Positions 58,293 through 64,000 of a DNA stretch of 64,000 nucleotides are shown here, piece after piece; position 1 is the stretch's first letter; each line of letters begins with the position of its first letter. Both the position numbers and the translations under genes were made by a program. The notes below the pieces were generated by a model. The model made no database searches and was not told where the DNA came from. It saw only the letters and a list, made by a program, of their open reading frames with translations. Source of the DNA: Chrysomallon squamiferum (Eukaryota > Animalia > Mollusca); the NCBI GenBank assembly GCA_012295275.1, contig CM022665.1, forward strand, positions 17,112,001 to 17,176,000, written 5' to 3'.

Positions 58293-59749
58293 AATCCTTA
58301 TTACCAGTAAATGCGATTTCACCGTGGCTGTATTGTTATCTTCACGATGTTTTTTTGTTGTTTTTTGTTTGTTTTTTTTCTCAATAATAATTGTTATTTG
58401 ACGTTATTTTATTTTATTTTTAATTTTTAATCGGAGCCTGAGCTCACTTCTGTTATCGTTCACATTATACAGCCGTTTATAGATGTATCAGTAAGACAGG
58501 AATAATGCTGGTTTAAAAGAATGAAAAGCACGTTTTGTTTCATTGTACTGGTGGATTTACTAATGTTCTCTTGCCTGGTAAAATTATTGTTTTTGGGTGA
58601 CTTAAGTTATTTACCAAAGTATTTTGATTAATTTCCTGTGCCCGTTTATTTCATATCAAATATCTGATAATTTTGTAAGACGAATTGCACTACTTTTTCC
58701 ATTTCACCAACATATTGTCTTTAAAATATATGTGTTTTTCTACAGACAGTATAGTACATACCTTCATTTTTTTTATTAAAGAGACTTGTGAAGTACTGAC
58801 TGAAAATTTCCTTAGAACTGTTTAAATGAAGGTTCTCGTCTTTCAAGTATTTTATACAATTATCTACAATAAAGATTTTGTAGTGATAATGGATAATCTT
58901 TCTATAGTCATTTCACACAGCGCATTCGTGTATATCCACATTTCCTTCAATGGCTTTACAAAACGTTACAAATATTTTACAAAACAAAATACGTAAATAA
59001 AAATATCTAAGTAACTTACTAAATAAAAAAAAAAAAAAAAAAAAAAAAACTAACTAAATAAGTAAGTAAACAAATAAGTTAATGCTTATAAATAAGTTAA
59101 CATACATACATACATACATATATAGATACATAGACATAGATTCATATAAATAGACAGATAGATAGATAGTTAGATACATACATACATACATACATACAAA
59201 CATACATACATGGTTTTGTATATATATAAGTAGATAAATAAATAATGTAAGAATGAAAGTTCTACAATGAATATTTATTAAAGTAGTGCTAATTTACTGG
59301 TCAGACTGGTCAAATAATTCAACTCAGAGGATAGATCTTACCACCTGTCGTACGACATTCTGTATCGCACCCAGATTTCACCAAGTGATTTAATATAAGT
59401 AGATAAGTTGTCCAACAACCAGATTAAAGTTCACGTTGTTAATGTCATTCCCTAGGCGAAACGTCTGGATGTGAAATTTTCTTTTTCTCCGAGTTCCAGT
59501 CGAGACGGTTTGACGCCGCTCAATTAATATTTTATTCAGGATTCTAATTTTGGGGTCAAATATTAAACAGAAAATAACTGAGAAATGTCAATATTTTTAT
59601 GTAAAAAAAAAACCAGCTTGACTTTGTAGAATTATTGGTTTGGTGAATTTGTTTAAAAAAAAAAAAAAGAAGAAGAAAAAAAGAAGAAAAAAGAAGGTTT
59701 CAAAATCTTGAGTTACTTTAACAATCATTTTGACAGTTTAATTTCTCCT

Positions 59750-59823
<74 letters not shown>

Positions 59824-60465
59824 TAACAGCCTCTAACTCTCTTTTTCTGACTCTCTTTGTCTTTCTTTCTGTTTCTCTATTTGTCTCTGAACTTCTCTCT
59901 CTCTCTCTCTCTCTCTCTTTTTACTCTCATTGATTTCTATCCCATTTAGACTTTTTTTTTTCTTTTACAAACATTAAAGAAAATAAGAAAGCGAAATAAA
60001 CCAAAAGCTACTTTCTTTGATATTTATTTCATACATTCTTTTCCTTTTATTTATTATTATTATATTTTTTTTAAATTTCTTTTTGTGTTTCTTTTTTAAA
60101 AACAATTTCTTCATTCTTTGATTTATACGTTTACTCTGCATTGTCGGAATCTTGAGGTCTCCATACTTCAAATAACTGTGCTGTATTTTATTTTATTTTA
60201 TCAGAACTGATGTGCCATGAAATAAAGCTAATGCAGATCTACTATTAAATATCAAATCGGAATGAGTGTCTACAATTTAGATAAGAAAAAAAAAAAAAAA
60301 AAAAAAAAAGAAAGAAAGAAAGAATATATATGTATGTATATTTGTTTTGTTTTTTATGTTAATGTGTACTTATGGTGATACGGAAAAATTGTTGACATGT
60401 ATGTCCTTAAATGATTGTTTTATTTGTTACTGGGTTCAAAACTTTTCAAACAATAAAATTTGACA

Positions 60466-60632
<167 letters not shown>

Positions 60633-61387
60633 TTCTCACACACACATAGACAGAGACAGACACATATAATACCACAGTTATTGCAATGAGGGACTGGTCA
60701 TGGTTAATTTTCTGATTATAAATACATGAATACAAAAGTAATGCTAACAACAAACCCATCTGATAAAAGTACAAATTATTAAACTTGACCTTGGGCAAAC
60801 TGTCGTCTGCTAATAACTTAACAAACTCAATGAACAGGTTTGGGCAGGATATTCACACCTAGAGCCAAAATAATCGTCCATTTTATTTTTAATATTTCCC
60901 TATGGCTGGCCTTTTGTGTTACAATTCAGTATGTTAACAAACTAGTTTAAATGTAAAACTAATATACGTGGTAACAAAAAAATGACCAATAAAAATACAT
61001 GTTGTCAATACACTTGCATAACAAAAACGACCACAGAAATACATATTTAAAATAAACTTACATAATGAAAACGGCCAATAGAAATATATTTCCATATGTG
61101 CATAATCAGAAAAAAATAATAAAATATATGTTTTAAATATACGTACAAAATAAAACTAGCAATAAAAATAAAAAATTTTTAATATATTATTAATTCGCGT
61201 GTTCAGCTTCACGAATTAAAATAAAATATTATGTACAGTTTGTAAGACTGAATTATGCTTTATCTTCATTTCGGCATTAAGTTTTCCGAAATCTTATTAA
61301 TAATATATATAAACAATGATTATCATTATGATAAAACACGCAGCTATCATTCTATTAGCTATTCTTATAAGCTAGCAGCAAAAACCA

Positions 61388-61431
<44 letters not shown>

Positions 61432-61499
61432 TTAAATGTATTTATATACACCTACTCGCATAATGGAAAAATATAAATGAAAGTCTTCGATAAACAAGT

Positions 61500-61595
61500 C
61501 ACGGAAAAGAAGCTTGTACGGGATACAGTTCAATGTGACATCGATAAGAATCGATCCGACGACCCATCGTGTTTCAGGCAAAGGTTTTAACCAGA
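61500..61595. mobile_element. Probable tRNA-derived SINE head remnant (reverse orientation)
   Basis: AATCGATCCGACGACCCATCG is the reverse complement of a B-box-like GGATCGATT head motif. Confidence 0.4.
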
Positions 61596-62295
61596 ACAAA
61601 CCCTTAGTCATCGCTGGATGATTGTTTTAATATTTTAAAAGATATATATTAATAACAGAAAATATGTAAAATTTGTCACGCACAGATAATACAGGTTTAA
61701 ATGCCACTCTAATTAACAAAAATCTCGTTATAATTGAAACAACAACAAAACGACCTCAAAAACCGCATGTTTAATTAATGTATTATGCAAGAATAGTTAA
61801 TATAATTTGAATACAAAATATATAATCAATATATTAGGGATAGTTAGTTAATATAACATGCATATATAATTAATATAATATGCATATATAATTAATATAT
61901 TAGGCATGATTAGTTAATACAGTATCTTATATAAATAATATATTTATTTTTTGCGACTTTACTGATTATCAGAATAAATTCATTGCCACTGGGTTGGTAA
62001 TTTATTAAAGTACGCACTCATATAATTAACATAAGTCATGTATCAGGTTTGTAATGTAACTTATTTATTAAGATGGTCTGCTGTACTCTTCGCCTGTATT
62101 ATTTTGACTAATCTCCACGTGAAACACGGCGGTTACACGTTAAACGATGATTAGCTTCTTTATACGCTGATTAACACGAACAAACCAGACAGGCCAGGGG
62201 GCGACTGTCTGTTGTTATTGTATATCATCTGTGCAGGCGAGACAGCAAATACGCTAATCGTAAATAGCAGTTTGTACGTGACACAAGCACTGTAG

Positions 62296-62419
62296 TATCG
62301 AACTGGATTTAAATATAAGGGCTCACCTTTTCTATCTCGAACTATATATAAGGGCTGACCTCTTGTATCTCGAACTGGATTTATATATAAGGGCTGACCT
62401 CTTGCATCTCGAACTGGAT
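62296..62419. repeat. About 39-bp tandem repeat, about 3 copies
   Basis: TCGAACTGGATTTATATATAAGGGCTGACCTCTTGTATC is repeated. One copy has an internal deletion. Confidence 0.9.
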
Positions 62420-62638
62420 GTTTTCTTAAAGGACCTGATTGTTGTTTTATTTTGTTTTTTTCTTTTGTATTCAGCTAGATGATAGCATGAAATTTATTTT
62501 ATTTTATTTTATTATTGTTTAAAATAAACCTGGTGGCGAATGTTATACGTTTGAAAAATTTTTGATTTTTTTCATTTTTTATTTTATTTATTTTTTTAAT
62601 ATTTTTGAACAGCCCTGAAATCTCGAAATGGATTTAAT

Positions 62639-62677
<39 letters not shown>

Positions 62678-63143
62678 CAATATGTCGCTATATAACATCA
62701 GTATCTCGAACAAAAGTTTTAATGAAGGTTTAATTAACAAGACCGCTATACCGAAATTCGTTTTATAATTCGTGTACTTTACCTCGTTGCCATAAACGAA
62801 ATGTAACTTAAAACGCACATCTAGGAGCCAGTAAGAGAGAAACAAATAATCGATTTTCCATACAAATGAGAATATTGCCTATAAGTTAAACTGTTTGTTT
62901 TCAAGATGACATTCACAGACTCTTCGATAAAGTACTTCTTAAAAGACACCTCTCCAAGCATTTCATACGTAACCTAAAATGTTGTGAAGTAATAATCAGA
63001 AATTAGAGCGCGTTTAGACGTATTGCATCATTTAACTGCGTAAAAATTGTAACTAAATATCGACAGATGCTGCAGACTCTGAAATGTAATTAATTCTTAA
63101 CTTGTACATAAATCTTGTTCTAGTAACTACATACCTACAAGTG

Positions 63144-63257
<114 letters not shown>

Positions 63258-64000
63258 ATCGACATATAGAAAAAGAAAGAACGAGACTAACATAGAAAGA
63301 CATTTCTGTTATTTCCAGTGCAGTGGCGTGCAGAAACGATGAGGTGTGGCAGAGGGTGGAGTCATCAAATCAAAGAATTAAATTAAAATTAAGTTTTATG
63401 AAATCTGAAATTATCTTAGTTAATTTCGTTATACAAGCTGACCTACAGTCCAGCTAGCAGGCATCCAACTTAGTTAATGTGTCTATTTCATATTTAATTT
63501 GAGTGAAAAGTTTATTTAATCTGTTTTTACATATTTAAGTTGTCTTCCTTTCTCACATTTCTCAGTACCAGGCCCAATACTGGAGTTAGAGTATTGGGGA
63601 CATACAAGCAAGGAATTGTCAAACCAGTGACTCTTCTAAAACATAAAACTGTAAAATCTTCTCTTTTATCTTGGCCTATATTTTGTGTCGGATGAACATA
63701 TTTATTAGCGAAGATAGAAGAACACAAAATGGAGCAGTGGGTCAAAAGAGAAGTCACACAAAATATGTGTAGAAAGAGATCAAAAGTGTGAAGTTGTAAA
63801 TAAACGCCTATAACAGACAAACTGTTTAAGAGTTAAGCTTCCCTACATACGGCATTATAAATGTTTGGTAAAAGTTAGGTTTCCTGGACTGGAACCAGTC
63901 AAACTATAAATATTCCCACAATGCAAGACTGATTTCTGTTTTTTTAAATTAACTGGGTTTTTTTTGTTTTGTTGTTTTTTTACTTCATTGTCAGAAACGT

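Noticed and set aside
63527-63820. 97-aa minus-strand ORF
   Set aside because: No ATG start, no recognisable homology and no clear splice signals.

Overview
AT-rich, microsatellite-dense animal genomic DNA, probably a mollusc (gastropod); that guess rests on repeat resemblance recalled from memory. One gene is well supported: a three-exon sphingolipid delta(4)-desaturase (DEGS1/DES1) on the + strand, CDS join(1382..1463,4185..4927,6162..6323), 328 aa. The rest is intergenic or intronic, with degraded hAT and Mutator transposase fragments, small hAT-like MITEs, probable SINE remnants, a nearly C-free 33-34 bp minisatellite and many simple repeats. The most unusual structure is a ~1.45 kb non-coding element with 54-bp terminal inverted repeats, present as two almost identical copies in opposite orientation (26557..28002 and 43433..44884). 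Both copies are followed by the same right-hand flank, which is attached to opposite ends of the element, so the element is flipped relative to its flank. There is also a sharp CpG-depleted domain over and beyond DEGS1, and a weak, unproven set of minus-strand exon candidates. I found no convincing new protein-coding system.
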